NCBI GenBank assembly: GCA_913043225.1
Contig: CAJWLU010000002.1
Span: 32,001 to 96,000, forward strand
Length of the DNA stretch: 64,000 bases
Reading direction: 5' to 3'
DNA from: an uncultured Acidobacteriota bacterium
GTDB lineage: Bacteria; Acidobacteriota; Vicinamibacteria; Vicinamibacterales; UBA8438
Each line of letters starts with the position of its first letter. Within the stretch, counting starts at the first letter, position 1. The position numbers were made by a program, and so were the translations under genes. Positions 19,022-28,943 of the stretch are shown here, piece after piece. The notes beneath the pieces are model-generated. The model was not told where the DNA came from, ran no database searches, and saw only the letters and a program-made list of their open reading frames with translations.

Positions 19022-20302
19022 CTATCGAAGCTCCAAATCGATCGACGCTTGGAGGGCCTTGACCGCCACCAGTTCGTCTGGTGCAGCTAGGGTTAGGGCG
19101 GAACCAGTCGCGTCCAGGCGCGCCGTGCGTCCGACCCGATGGATGTAGGTGTCTCGGTTCGGGGGCACTTCGAAGTTCACGACGTACTTGATACCGTCGA
19201 TATCGAGTCCGCGCGCGGCGACATCGGTGGCCACCAGCACCCGGTATCGACCGCTGCGGAATCCGCCGACCGCCGCGAGCCGCAGGCTCTGGGTCCGATC
19301 GGCATGGAGAGCCGTGGCCTTGATGCCGGCGCTCGATAGCGCTCGCGCGAGACGCTCGGTTCCCCGCTTGGTATTGACGAACACCAGCACTGAGCCGGAG
19401 GTCTTGCCCAGGAACCTGGTCAGCCAGGAGGTTTTCTTTGACGAGGGCATCCGTTCGACGGCGTGGGAGATACCATCGGCTGGCGCCCCACGGCGGCCGA
19501 GCTGAACGTAGGCCGGATCGTGGGCCAGCTCCTTGAGTGGTCGAAGCACGAAATCTGGAATCGTGGCCGAGAACAGGAGCGTCTGCCGTCCGGCGCCCTC
19601 ACCCTTCCGTCGTTCCGGCAGGTTCGACACGATCTTGCGGACATCCGGCCAAAAGCCCATGTCCAGCATCCGGTCGGCCTCGTCGAGGATGAGGGTGTCG
19701 AGCCGGTTGAAGCCGGGAATGCCTCCTCGAAGGTGGTCCAGCAGACGTCCGGGGGTGGCGACGACCACGTCGACTCCCGCGCTCAGCGCCTGGGCCTGAG
19801 GGCCGATCGGTGTTCCGCCGAAGACCGCGGCGCTGGTCAACCCGGTGTGGTACACGAAGCCCTGCAAGTCGTCTTCGATTTGTACGACCAACTCCCGGGT
19901 GGGAGCCAGCACCAAGATGCTGGTGCTGCGTTGGTCCGTTGCGGCCCCGGCCGACCGTCGCTTGAGCAGCTGGTCGAGTACGGGGAGCAGAAAAGCCCCC
20001 GTCTTGCCGCTGCCAGTCTCAGCGCTCGCAATCAGGTCCCGACCGCCGCTCACGATCGGGAAAACGGCGGCCTGGATCGGTGTTGCGGCGGTGAAGCCAC
20101 GGTCTGACACACCCATTGCCAACTCGGGGTGGAGTCCCAGCTTGTCGAACGGGATCGACTCGGCCTCGACGACCGCCGCCGGTAGCACCGGCTCAGCCGA
20201 AGGGGCAGCAAAGTCCTGCTGAGATCGTGCCGGCCGCCGGCCGTGGCGGCTCTGTGGGCGACGGCGCCTATGGGGCCGTGCGCGAGAAGAGTCTGAATCC
20301 AA
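19022..20302 (-). CDS. DEAD-box RNA helicase (RhlE-like); start uncertain
   Basis: Q motif (F..LGL...GF...TPIQ), AETGSGKT, PTREL, TPGRLLD, DEAD, SAT, ARGLD, HRVGRTAR. Confidence 0.93.
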   Translation of the reverse strand: MDSDSSRARPHRRRRPQSRHGRRPARSQQDFAAPSAEPVLPAAVVEAESIPFDKLGLHPELAMGVSDRGFTAATPIQAAVFPIVSGGRDLIASAETGSGKTGAFLLPVLDQLLKRRSAGAATDQRSTSILVLAPTRELVVQIEDDLQGFVYHTGLTSAAVFGGTPIGPQAQALSAGVDVVVATPGRLLDHLRGGIPGFNRLDTLILDEADRMLDMGFWPDVRKIVSNLPERRKGEGAGRQTLLFSATIPDFVLRPLKELAHDPAYVQLGRRGAPADGISHAVERMPSSKKTSWLTRFLGKTSGSVLVFVNTKRGTERLARALSSAGIKATALHADRTQSLRLAAVGGFRSGRYRVLVATDVAARGLDIDGIKYVVNFEVPPNRDTYIHRVGRTARLDATGSALTLAAPDELVAVKALQASIDLELR

Positions 20303-20310
20303 AATGTCGG

Positions 20311-20529
20311 TCAGCGGGCTCGGAAGGTAATGATGCCCCGCTCGGGGTCGTAGGGGGAGACGCCCACGGTAACCCGGTCGCCGGGCACGACCTTGATGCG
20401 GAAGCGGCGCATCCGCCCGCTCAGCTGGGCAAGCACTTCGTGGCCCGCGTCGCACTGTACCCGATACAGTCCGCCGCTGTGAACTGCCATGACGGTGCCT
20501 TGCACGTCAATTAGATCGTCCTTTGCCAA
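20311..20529 (-). CDS. infA: translation initiation factor IF-1
   Basis: 72 aa from TTG: AKDDLIDVQGTV...LSGRMRRFRIKVVPGDRVTVGVSPYDPERGIITFR. Confidence 0.95.
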   Translation of the reverse strand: MAKDDLIDVQGTVMAVHSGGLYRVQCDAGHEVLAQLSGRMRRFRIKVVPGDRVTVGVSPYDPERGIITFRAR

Positions 20530-20589
20530 AACAACTGCCTTTCTATTCAAGTCTGGCACATGGGCCAGATATTTGCCAACGAGGTGCGC

Positions 20590-23112
20590 TTAGAGGGCCT
20601 TCACGGCCTCTTCCAGCTCCGCGGCGAGTGCCACGACGTCAGAGCCAGAGGGCCTGATGTGGGGTCCGAACCGGACTTCGACGCGACCTGGAACGACCAT
20701 CCGCTGTCCCACGCCCCAGACGCGGTCGACCCCTCGCAACCGGACCGGTATGACTGGAACGTCGAGTCGACTGGCCAGCATCGCCGCGCCGGGCTGAAAG
20801 CGTTCCACCTCGCCGCCGCTGACCCGTCGGCCCTCCGGGAAGATGATTAGGGACCGCCCGGCGCCGACCAGCTCTCCCGCGTAGCGCAGTGCCTGTCGCG
20901 TACCAGCTTCGCGCTGCGGCAGCGGAAAGGCGTTAAAGAAGGTCGTGACGAGGTAGTAGTTGAGGCTGTTGGTACACTGCGCTCGCAGGCCGTGTCCTTC
21001 TGGATGGAAGTGAGGGGTGAAGAACTCCTTGGCCATCGCCGTGCTCACGTCGTGGCGTCGCGCTCGGGGGAGTGCTGCCAAGATCACGGCCGTATCCATG
21101 TAGCTCTGGTGATTGGCGGCAAAGACGATCGGCCCGTCGATGTCATCGAGATGCTCGCGCCCGTCGACGCGAAGCCAGGTGAACGCCCGAGTTAGCGGAA
21201 GCAGGAACAGGTTCTGGCTGACCCGTCGCACCAATCGAATACCACCAGACTGATTCCAGCGGGGCATTGCGAACGCCACCTCGGGAGCGGCCTGGCGGGG
21301 CTGGGAGGGGGCAGCGACGAGCGCTTCCAGGTCGGCGACCGTCGCCGCCTCCGAAACGACCCGCTCGTCCACACTGGTGTCGAGCTCGCTCTCCAGTACC
21401 ATCAGCAGCTCGACCCGCTCTAGTGACGTGAGCCCGAGCTCGTCTAGACGCGTGTCCCCGCCGACGGCGTTTCCGGACACCTGCTCGAGAATCGACGCCA
21501 CCGTGCGTTGGCCGCCGTCAGATTGCCGTGGCGCCGACGTCCGGGCCCCCTGCTTGGCCCACTTCTTCACGGAGCCCCGCTTCAGCTTCTGGGTGCCTTC
21601 GGTGCGCGGCAACCGTTCGTCAGGCCAGGCCAGCACCTCCCGCACCCGTTGGTGGTCGGCTAACTCCCTGTTGGCGCCCCGCGCGATCGCGTCTAGGTCG
21701 ACGCCTTCCTCGACAACCGCCACGGCGTGCACACGTTCCTCGCCGTCATGGGTCAACCCCACGACCGCAGACTCGATGACGCCCGGTAGCTGGTCGACCA
21801 CTCGCTCGACGTCCTCCGGAAAGACGTTCAGCCCCTCCGGAGTGACGATGACTTCTTTCTTGCGGCCGTGAACCTGCAGGCGCCCTTCCTCGTCGATGGC
21901 ACCCAGGTCGCCGGTGTGGAACCAGCCGTCCTCGAATGCGGCCGACGACACCGCTTCGTCGCCGTAGTAGCCCTTGGTGACGTTGTCGCCCTTGACCAGG
22001 ATCTCACCGTCGTCGGCGATCTTCACCTTTACGCCCGCGATCGGCGTGCCGACTGAGCCGCGTCGAGTCTTGAACGGGTGATTGAGCGTGACAATCGGGG
22101 CGGTTTCGGTCAGCCCGTACCCCTGCACTACGAGGAACCCCAGTCGCGCCCAGAAGGCTTCCAGTTCTGGATCAAGCGGCGCAGCGCCGACGATAAAGCA
22201 CCAGAACTTGAACCCGAAGAGGCGGTGGATGCGACGGTAGCGCCACCATCGTACTGCCACATGCGGATCGTCCGACGGCGGCTCGGCCACTTCGGGGGCC
22301 AGCCGGACGACGTGCTCGCGGAGTACGTCGAGGATCTTTGGCACGCACACGAGGACCGAGATCCGCCGGTCGTGGATCTGCTGCACGATGGCGGCGGGGC
22401 TGTACCCCTTCATGAACACACATACCCCGGGCAGCATCGGCGGGATGAAGGTGGCCATGGCCTGTCCGAACATGTGGCTGAGTGGCAGCAGGTTCAGGAA
22501 CCTAAGTGGGTAGAAGGGGGTGCCGTACTTCCGGTACTTCAGTACCTCCCGTTCGACCGGCACGATGTTGGCCAGCACGTTCCGGTGGGTGATCATTACG
22601 CCCTTGGGTTCGGACGTTGCCCCAGAGGTAAAGATGATCTCGGCGACGTCGTCGCCGGTTACTGCGCGTGATGGACGGGGCGCAGGCGCGCCTTCGTGAT
22701 TGGCACCTAGTTCCGCCAGCCGCCAGACCGGAAGATTGATCGACGGGTCTGGAGTGACCTCGTCGCCCGCCAGCAGTAGCTTGGCGCCGACCAGAGCGGC
22801 GACCTGGTGGAGGAACGCGCCGGAGGTGCGGTAGTCGATCGGTACGACCAGCACGCCGGCCAGGAGGCACCCCCAGAAGGCGATGATCCACTCGGGGCGG
22901 TTCTCACCCCAGACGATCACCTTGTCACCAGAGGTGACACCTTCGGCGGCGAGGCGCGCTGCGACGTGTTCGGCCGCCCGTCGGACATCCCGATAGCTGA
23001 AGTGGCGGACCCGATAGCCGTCGTCGTGGACGAAGAACTCGTCGTCGGTCGACAGCCGCTCGTCGAAGAAGTCGAGCAGAGTGTCCCGCGTCATGGGGGA
23101 AGTGTCGTTCAC
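20590..23112 (-). CDS. long-chain acyl-CoA synthetase fused to a carrier (ACP) domain and a PlsC-type acyltransferase
   Basis: FTSGATSEPKG, QGYGLTE, FHTGDLG; LGLTSLERVEL (carrier Ser); NHQSYMD and FPEGRR acyltransferase motifs. Confidence 0.9.
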   Translation of the reverse strand: MNDTSPMTRDTLLDFFDERLSTDDEFFVHDDGYRVRHFSYRDVRRAAEHVAARLAAEGVTSGDKVIVWGENRPEWIIAFWGCLLAGVLVVPIDYRTSGAFLHQVAALVGAKLLLAGDEVTPDPSINLPVWRLAELGANHEGAPAPRPSRAVTGDDVAEIIFTSGATSEPKGVMITHRNVLANIVPVEREVLKYRKYGTPFYPLRFLNLLPLSHMFGQAMATFIPPMLPGVCVFMKGYSPAAIVQQIHDRRISVLVCVPKILDVLREHVVRLAPEVAEPPSDDPHVAVRWWRYRRIHRLFGFKFWCFIVGAAPLDPELEAFWARLGFLVVQGYGLTETAPIVTLNHPFKTRRGSVGTPIAGVKVKIADDGEILVKGDNVTKGYYGDEAVSSAAFEDGWFHTGDLGAIDEEGRLQVHGRKKEVIVTPEGLNVFPEDVERVVDQLPGVIESAVVGLTHDGEERVHAVAVVEEGVDLDAIARGANRELADHQRVREVLAWPDERLPRTEGTQKLKRGSVKKWAKQGARTSAPRQSDGGQRTVASILEQVSGNAVGGDTRLDELGLTSLERVELLMVLESELDTSVDERVVSEAATVADLEALVAAPSQPRQAAPEVAFAMPRWNQSGGIRLVRRVSQNLFLLPLTRAFTWLRVDGREHLDDIDGPIVFAANHQSYMDTAVILAALPRARRHDVSTAMAKEFFTPHFHPEGHGLRAQCTNSLNYYLVTTFFNAFPLPQREAGTRQALRYAGELVGAGRSLIIFPEGRRVSGGEVERFQPGAAMLASRLDVPVIPVRLRGVDRVWGVGQRMVVPGRVEVRFGPHIRPSGSDVVALAAELEEAVKAL

Positions 23113-23117
23113 GCCCG

Positions 23118-23777
23118 TCAGCGGAAGGAGGCGCCGACGCTGAAGGCGTAGCGGTTCATGCGTGGAGAGCCAGGTTGTGGGCCCATCTGTTCGATGGCGT
23201 TGATGGCGAACACGCGCAAGTCCACCGTGAAGGCGAGTCGCGGGCTTACGAACCAGCGGGCGCCGCCGCCGTAGTTGATCGTCTTCGAGCTCGGGTAGTT
23301 GGGCCGAGTGCCTTCGTCACGGTAGATGGTGAGACGCGAAGTGCCGAGGCCGCCACTCAGGTAGCTCCACCCGTTTCGATGACCAAAATTGAGGGAGAGC
23401 AGAGGCGAAACAGCCACGAAGCGGCTCACCACCGGAGGCAGGTCCGGATCCGGTTCATCTTCGGTGGGGTGTCGCCGGGCTTCCGTGTAGTGCAGCGTGG
23501 CTCCGACTCCGAAGGTCACGGGACCCAGCGACAGCGGATAGACGTGCCCGCCCAGATCAAAGCCGACCCATCCCCAGTTCGGCATTTGCGCCGGTCCCAG
23601 AAAGCGCTGCGACGCCACCTCGGCGTCCTGGCCCAGATTGATGATCGACCCCCGGGCGTCGAACACGTACCCGCTGATCGGTCCGGGGTCCTGACCTGAG
23701 GCAGGTTCGGGTGCCAGCAGGCCGACAAGGAGCAGGCTCTGCAGGAGACGAGGCGCGGGGAGGCCGGACGGACACAC
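23118..23777 (-). CDS. outer-membrane beta-barrel-like hypothetical protein
   Basis: Signal peptide, alternating aromatic beta-strands, C-terminal FSVGASFR. Confidence 0.7.
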   Translation of the reverse strand: MCPSGLPAPRLLQSLLLVGLLAPEPASGQDPGPISGYVFDARGSIINLGQDAEVASQRFLGPAQMPNWGWVGFDLGGHVYPLSLGPVTFGVGATLHYTEARRHPTEDEPDPDLPPVVSRFVAVSPLLSLNFGHRNGWSYLSGGLGTSRLTIYRDEGTRPNYPSSKTINYGGGARWFVSPRLAFTVDLRVFAINAIEQMGPQPGSPRMNRYAFSVGASFR

Positions 23778-23833
23778 GGCGCCTAGTATACCGAGGCGCT
23801 AGGACCGACGGACGACCTCGTTATACTCGCGCA

Positions 23834-24784
23834 ATGCCTGCACTCGTGTCGTCTGCCGCCATTGCCGCCGCCGCTGCCCGGATCGAGGGGGTTGCTCGCC
23901 ACACTCCCCTCGTCGAACTGCCCGTCGAGGTCGGTGGGCCGGTCTACGCTAAATGTGAGAACCTGCAGGCTGGCGGCGCCTTCAAGATTCGTGGCGCGTA
24001 CAACTTCATCGCCCGGCTAGATGGGGCAGTGGCCGGCCCGGGCGTCATCACCTATTCGTCGGGGAATCACGCTCAGGCGGTCGCGCTGGCCGCCCGTCGT
24101 CGAGGATTGGCGGCCGTGGTGGTGATGCCGACGACGGCGCCCGCGGTCAAGGTGGAGGGGGCCAGGCGACTGGGGGCCGAGGTGCACTTCGAAGGGACCA
24201 CGTCGATCGATCGAAAACGGCGTGCCGAGGCGCTGGCCGAGGAGCGCGGTTATACTATGGTTCCGCCCTTCGACCATCCCGACATCGTGGCGGGGCAGGG
24301 CACGGTAGGCCTGGAGATTTTGAAGGACTGTCCCGAATTCTCCCGGGTGCTGGTGCCGGTCGGCGGCGGCGGACTGGTGGCCGGTATAGCGACCGCGGTG
24401 AAGTCGGTGCGACCCGATGTCACGGTGGTCGGCGTCGAGCCCTCAGGTGCCCCGAAGATGTCAGAGTCGCTCGCTGTGGGTCACCCGGTTACGCTCGACC
24501 AAGTGTCGAGTATCGCCGATGGATTGATTCCGGTCAGGCCGGGTTACCTGACCTTCGCGCACGTACGTCGCTACGTCGATGAAGTCGTCACGGTCGACGA
24601 CGCCTCCATTGCCGCCGCGACGCGCTGGTACGCGGATCGCGCGAAGCTGGTCGTCGAGACCAGCGGAGCGGTAACGCTCGCCGCGCTGCAGTCGGGCGCC
24701 GTGCCAACTGGCGACGGGGTGACCGTGGCGGTCGTGAGCGGTGGCAACGTGTCGCTCGACACGCTCCACTCTCTACCCGACTAG
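23834..24784 (+). CDS. PLP-dependent threonine/serine dehydratase (no regulatory domain)
   Basis: KCENLQ...AFKIRGA, SSGNHAQ, GQGT, VGGGGL, SIADG, SGGNV. Confidence 0.92.
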   Translation: MPALVSSAAIAAAAARIEGVARHTPLVELPVEVGGPVYAKCENLQAGGAFKIRGAYNFIARLDGAVAGPGVITYSSGNHAQAVALAARRRGLAAVVVMPTTAPAVKVEGARRLGAEVHFEGTTSIDRKRRAEALAEERGYTMVPPFDHPDIVAGQGTVGLEILKDCPEFSRVLVPVGGGGLVAGIATAVKSVRPDVTVVGVEPSGAPKMSESLAVGHPVTLDQVSSIADGLIPVRPGYLTFAHVRRYVDEVVTVDDASIAAATRWYADRAKLVVETSGAVTLAALQSGAVPTGDGVTVAVVSGGNVSLDTLHSLPD

Positions 24785-26151
24785 GAGGGCGGATCGCGGC
24801 CGATGAGCGCGCGCGCGGCTGTCAGGGCCTCGTCTGTGGTACTGACCGCTCCGTCCAACTGCTGTTCGTACACCGCCTTGAGAATCCGACCGATCCCGGG
24901 CCCCGGTGAGAGCCCCTCGGCTAGCAGGTGACGCCCCAGAAGCAGTGGTGCCGGCGGTTCGTGCTCCACACCGAGGGTGCGGGCGCGTTCCAGGAACCAG
25001 TCCATCGCCGAGCAGTCGAACTCTCCGGTCCGCCCCAGGCAATCTGACTTGGCCAGCCGGGCCAGTAGTTCGAGGTCCACCTTCCTGGCGAGTCGGCGGA
25101 ACGCCCCGTCACCCACCGGGCTGGCGCTCTTGTGCCACATGCCCGGCTTGAGGTGCTGGGCGACCAGCCCGATCACTTGAGCCCTTACGTCGTAGCTCTG
25201 CAGGGTGTAGACGTTCAGTCGGTCGAGCAGCGCGAGGGTGGGAGCAACACCGGCTTCCTCGTGATTGCGCGATCGGATGCGTCCGTCGATGAAGGCGGTG
25301 GTGGCCGGTTTTCCCAGGTCATGACAGACCGCGCCAAGCATCATCGTGAGCTGCTTCGGTCCTTCGAGGTCGTCGATTCGGGTGCGCGCCTGATCGATAA
25401 CCATCAGGGTGTGGACCCACACGTCACCTTCGGGGTGCCACTCGGGCTCCTGTGCACACCCGACCAGGGCCTGCAACTCGGGGAACAGTCGGCCGACGAC
25501 GCCGAGGTCGAGGGCGAGAGCGAACCCGACGGACGGTCGTGGCGCATAGAGCAGTTTCTCGATCTCGCCCCAGATCCGCTCTGCCGGGAGGTCGTCAAGC
25601 GGGATCGTCCGGCACAGCGCCGCGCCCTCGGGGTCGAGGGTCAGGTCGAAGCGGGCCGCGAACTGGACCGCCCTGAGAACTCGAAGACTGTCATCTCCGA
25701 ACGTCTCGGCGTCGACTACTCGGAGACACCGGCGGTCGAGATCGGCGCGACCATTCCACGGGTCGTGATACTCGTCGGCTAGCGGGTCCCAGCCAATGGC
25801 GTTCACGGTGAAGTCGCGCCGGCGGGCGGCCTCGCGTAAGGCCAGACCGGGGTCGCCGGTTACGGTGAAGCCGCGGTGTCCGCGCCCGCTCTTGGACTCG
25901 CGGCGTGGCAGGGCCACGTCGACTCCGCCCACCTTGTACACCGTGAAGCTCTCGCCGACGGCGTTGACGGTGCCGAGCTCGCCGAGCAGTGCCTTTAGCC
26001 GGTCGGCCGGCAGGCCATACACCTCGACATCGACGTCTTTCGAGGGTCGGCCCAGCAGCCGGTCGCGCACCCATCCTCCGACAAACAGCGCCCGGCCGCC
26101 GGCATCCCGTGCTCGCTCGGCGACTGCGGTGGCGAGCTCGAACTTCGTCAT
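24781..26151 (-). CDS. cca: class II tRNA nucleotidyltransferase (CCA-adding) with HD domain
   Basis: [52 protein letters not shown]. Confidence 0.9.
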   Translation of the reverse strand: MTKFELATAVAERARDAGGRALFVGGWVRDRLLGRPSKDVDVEVYGLPADRLKALLGELGTVNAVGESFTVYKVGGVDVALPRRESKSGRGHRGFTVTGDPGLALREAARRRDFTVNAIGWDPLADEYHDPWNGRADLDRRCLRVVDAETFGDDSLRVLRAVQFAARFDLTLDPEGAALCRTIPLDDLPAERIWGEIEKLLYAPRPSVGFALALDLGVVGRLFPELQALVGCAQEPEWHPEGDVWVHTLMVIDQARTRIDDLEGPKQLTMMLGAVCHDLGKPATTAFIDGRIRSRNHEEAGVAPTLALLDRLNVYTLQSYDVRAQVIGLVAQHLKPGMWHKSASPVGDGAFRRLARKVDLELLARLAKSDCLGRTGEFDCSAMDWFLERARTLGVEHEPPAPLLLGRHLLAEGLSPGPGIGRILKAVYEQQLDGAVSTTDEALTAARALIGRDPPS

Positions 26152-26825
26152 CAGCGGGCCAGTCGGAAGCCGTAGTCGGTGTAGCGGAAGGTCGGGTCGA
26201 GGCTGCTCCGGGCGGCAGTCCGGTTGATCGTGAGCGCATGCCGCCAGGCGCCGCCGCGCGAGGCACGGCGGCGTCCCTCGGCTGGTCCTACCGGATTCAC
26301 TTCCGGCGCGTGGGCGTAGAAGCCGGCTTCGTGCCAGTTGGCGCACCACTCGTGGATGTTGCCCGAGATCCCCTTCAAGCCGAATCTGGTAGCGGGCCCG
26401 AGCGAGACCGGCCAGGGGCCGTCCAGTGGGCCGGTTCCCCCGTTCGGTATCCAGGACGGGATCTCGCCACCCCAGGGATAGCGCTCGCCGTCTCGCCCTC
26501 CACGCGCGGCTCGTTCCCATTCGGCTTCGGTTGGTAACCGCACGCGGCCACCGTCCTGGTTCCGCCACCGGCAGTAGGCCTGCGCATCGTCCCAGCTCAC
26601 CCCGACCACGGGCAGATCTCGTCCTCCGAATGCCGGGTTGTCCCATTCTCTGGCCGGCGTGTATCCCGTCTCATCGAGGAAGCGTTCGTAGTCGCCACGT
26701 GTGACCGGGTGGATCGCCAGTTCGAACGCGTCCACCCACACCCTGTGCACCGGTTGCTCACCCGCCTGGCCCTCGGTGCTCCCCATGCGGAACCATCCGC
26801 GACGGATGCTCACGAACTCGGACAT
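26151..26825 (-). CDS. formylglycine-generating-enzyme (SUMF1/FGE) fold protein
   Basis: [47 protein letters not shown]. Confidence 0.9.
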   Translation of the reverse strand: MSEFVSIRRGWFRMGSTEGQAGEQPVHRVWVDAFELAIHPVTRGDYERFLDETGYTPAREWDNPAFGGRDLPVVGVSWDDAQAYCRWRNQDGGRVRLPTEAEWERAARGGRDGERYPWGGEIPSWIPNGGTGPLDGPWPVSLGPATRFGLKGISGNIHEWCANWHEAGFYAHAPEVNPVGPAEGRRRASRGGAWRHALTINRTAARSSLDPTFRYTDYGFRLAR

Positions 26826-26980
26826 TGCCCCGAGATCATGGCATGAATCAGCGTGCGCTTGGGGGGCACCATCACGTCCAGGCGGGCCGGAAAGAACTGG
26901 TATCATTAAGATTCTGAAGATTCTGGCTCGATGTGACGAAGGGTCGTCCAGTAGCTGGGCCGATCGCGCCCGTTTCGTGC

Positions 26981-27904
26981 ATGCGTATCCGACGAGTGAG
27001 GGTTCGATTCTCGGTCCCCGTCCTCATCCTGCTGGCCGGGTTGGCCAGCGGCTGTTCGCTGCGGTCCATGGCGGTCAACGCCATCGTGCCAACCCTGGCG
27101 AATCCGGACGTGTATCGCTCCGAGGAAGATCCGGAGCTCGTTCGGGAGTCGCTGCCGTTCCTTCTCAAGACTATCGAGTCGATTCTCGACGCGGAGCCGA
27201 AGCAGGAGGAGGCACTGGTGTTTGCCTGCACCGGATTCACGCTATATGGAAACGCGTTTCTCCAGGTGGACGCGGAGCTGGCGGAGTGGGAGGGTGACTA
27301 TGCACGGTCGGCTCTGATTCGCGAACGCACTTGGAGGATCTACGTCCGCGCGCGTGACTACTGTTTGCGCGGGCTCGAGCTACGCTATCCGGGGTTCGGG
27401 GACCGGCTTCGGGACGATGCGGCCTCCGCGGTTATGGCCACAGGGGCCGAGGATGTGGAGCTGCTCTATCTGCTGAGCGGCGCCTGGGGGCTGGCGATCT
27501 CGAACGCGCTCGACCAGCCGGCGCTTGTTGCCGATCTGCCAGTCGTGCGCACCCTACTGGAGTGGGCGCTTGAGCTTGACGAGGGTTATGAACGCGGTGC
27601 GCTCCACTCGGCCATGATCGTGCTTGAGTCGCTGCCGGTCGAGCTTGGTGGATCGCCTGAGCGGGCCCGCACGCACTTCGAGCGTGCGGTCGAGCTCAGC
27701 CATGGTCTCGACGCCGGACCGTATGTAACGCTGGCCGCCGGGGTCGCGGTGGCCCAAGAGAATCGCGCCGAGTTCGAGGAGTTATTGACGGCGGCGCTGG
27801 TGATCGATCCGAACGAGGATACGAGCCTGCGGCTGCTCAATCTGATCAATCAGCAGCGGGCGGAGACGCTGCTCGAGTACGTTGACGATCTGTTCTTCGA
27901 GTGA
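26981..27904 (+). CDS. TRAP transporter TatT (T-component) lipoprotein
   Basis: Lipobox LASGC; DPELVRESLPFLLKTIESIL; GGSPERARTHFERA; precedes dctP and dctQM. Confidence 0.85.
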   Translation: MRIRRVRVRFSVPVLILLAGLASGCSLRSMAVNAIVPTLANPDVYRSEEDPELVRESLPFLLKTIESILDAEPKQEEALVFACTGFTLYGNAFLQVDAELAEWEGDYARSALIRERTWRIYVRARDYCLRGLELRYPGFGDRLRDDAASAVMATGAEDVELLYLLSGAWGLAISNALDQPALVADLPVVRTLLEWALELDEGYERGALHSAMIVLESLPVELGGSPERARTHFERAVELSHGLDAGPYVTLAAGVAVAQENRAEFEELLTAALVIDPNEDTSLRLLNLINQQRAETLLEYVDDLFFE

Positions 27905-27925
27905 GCGACGGAGAGGACTCTGGTC

Positions 27926-28915
27926 ATGAAATCGCGGTTCACGATCATCGTCGTGGCGCTGTTGCTGGCGCCGATCGTGCTGTTAGGTCAGCGAGCCACA
28001 CGCATTCAGCTTGGCTCCATCCTCCCGGCCAACTCGGTCTGGGACAAGCTGCTGAAGGAGATGGCGGTCGAATGGAACGAAGAGACTGACGGCCGTATCT
28101 CGCTCCGTGTGCAGTCGGGCGCGAGCGATGAGGGGACGCTCGCGCGTCGCTTGCGTGCCGGCCGCCCGCAGGCGGCCGTGTTCGGTTTGCCTGGTGACAT
28201 TCACGATGCCTTTGGCGTGCTCAGCATCCCGTTCTTCTTCGAGTCCGATGCCGAAGCGTTTCATGTCGTGGAGAAGCTGACACCGACCTTTGAGCAGATC
28301 CTGGCTGACGAGGGGCTGGTGCTGCTCAACTGGGGCCATGCCGGCTGGGCGCATTTCTTTACGGAGCAGCGGGTCGAGTCGCTGGACGAGTTGAAGGCCA
28401 CTAAGGTGTTCACCGCGGCGGGCGACGAGAGGATGCTGCAGTGGTACAAGGAGAATGGCTTCGATCCGGAGCCGCTCGCGGTGACCGACGTGCTTCTCGG
28501 TCTGAACACCGGGCTCATCAACGCTCATCCGAGTCCGCCTTACGTCGCGCTGCTCTTCCAGTGGTACGACAGGACGCCATTCATGCTCGATGTGCCGTTG
28601 GCCCCCGTAATCGGCATCACCGTGGTGGCCGAGCGAACCTGGCGGCGGATCAGCGCGGAAGACCAGCAGATTCTTCAGGCGGCGGCCAAGCGTCTCGAGG
28701 AGCGGCTGCTTGCCGACGTGCCGCAGCAGGAGCAGGAATCGATTGAGCAGATGAAGAGCCGGGGCCTTACGGTGGTGGAACTCGACGACGCGTCGAAGGC
28801 ATCGTTCCGCGAGGTCGCGGACCAGATGACCGCGTCGTGGCGGGGCACAATGATTCCTGCCGACATCTACGACTTGGCGGTGCGCGAGCGCGACGCGTTC
28901 CGTGCGTCTCGCTGA
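27926..28915 (+). CDS. dctP: TRAP substrate-binding protein (DctP/TatP type)
   Basis: GSILPANSVW, LLNWGHAGW, LNTGLIN; signal peptide. Confidence 0.88.
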   Translation: MKSRFTIIVVALLLAPIVLLGQRATRIQLGSILPANSVWDKLLKEMAVEWNEETDGRISLRVQSGASDEGTLARRLRAGRPQAAVFGLPGDIHDAFGVLSIPFFFESDAEAFHVVEKLTPTFEQILADEGLVLLNWGHAGWAHFFTEQRVESLDELKATKVFTAAGDERMLQWYKENGFDPEPLAVTDVLLGLNTGLINAHPSPPYVALLFQWYDRTPFMLDVPLAPVIGITVVAERTWRRISAEDQQILQAAAKRLEERLLADVPQQEQESIEQMKSRGLTVVELDDASKASFREVADQMTASWRGTMIPADIYDLAVRERDAFRASR

Positions 28916-28943
28916 GCCGCGTCGCCGCGGCGCGTTGTCGACC

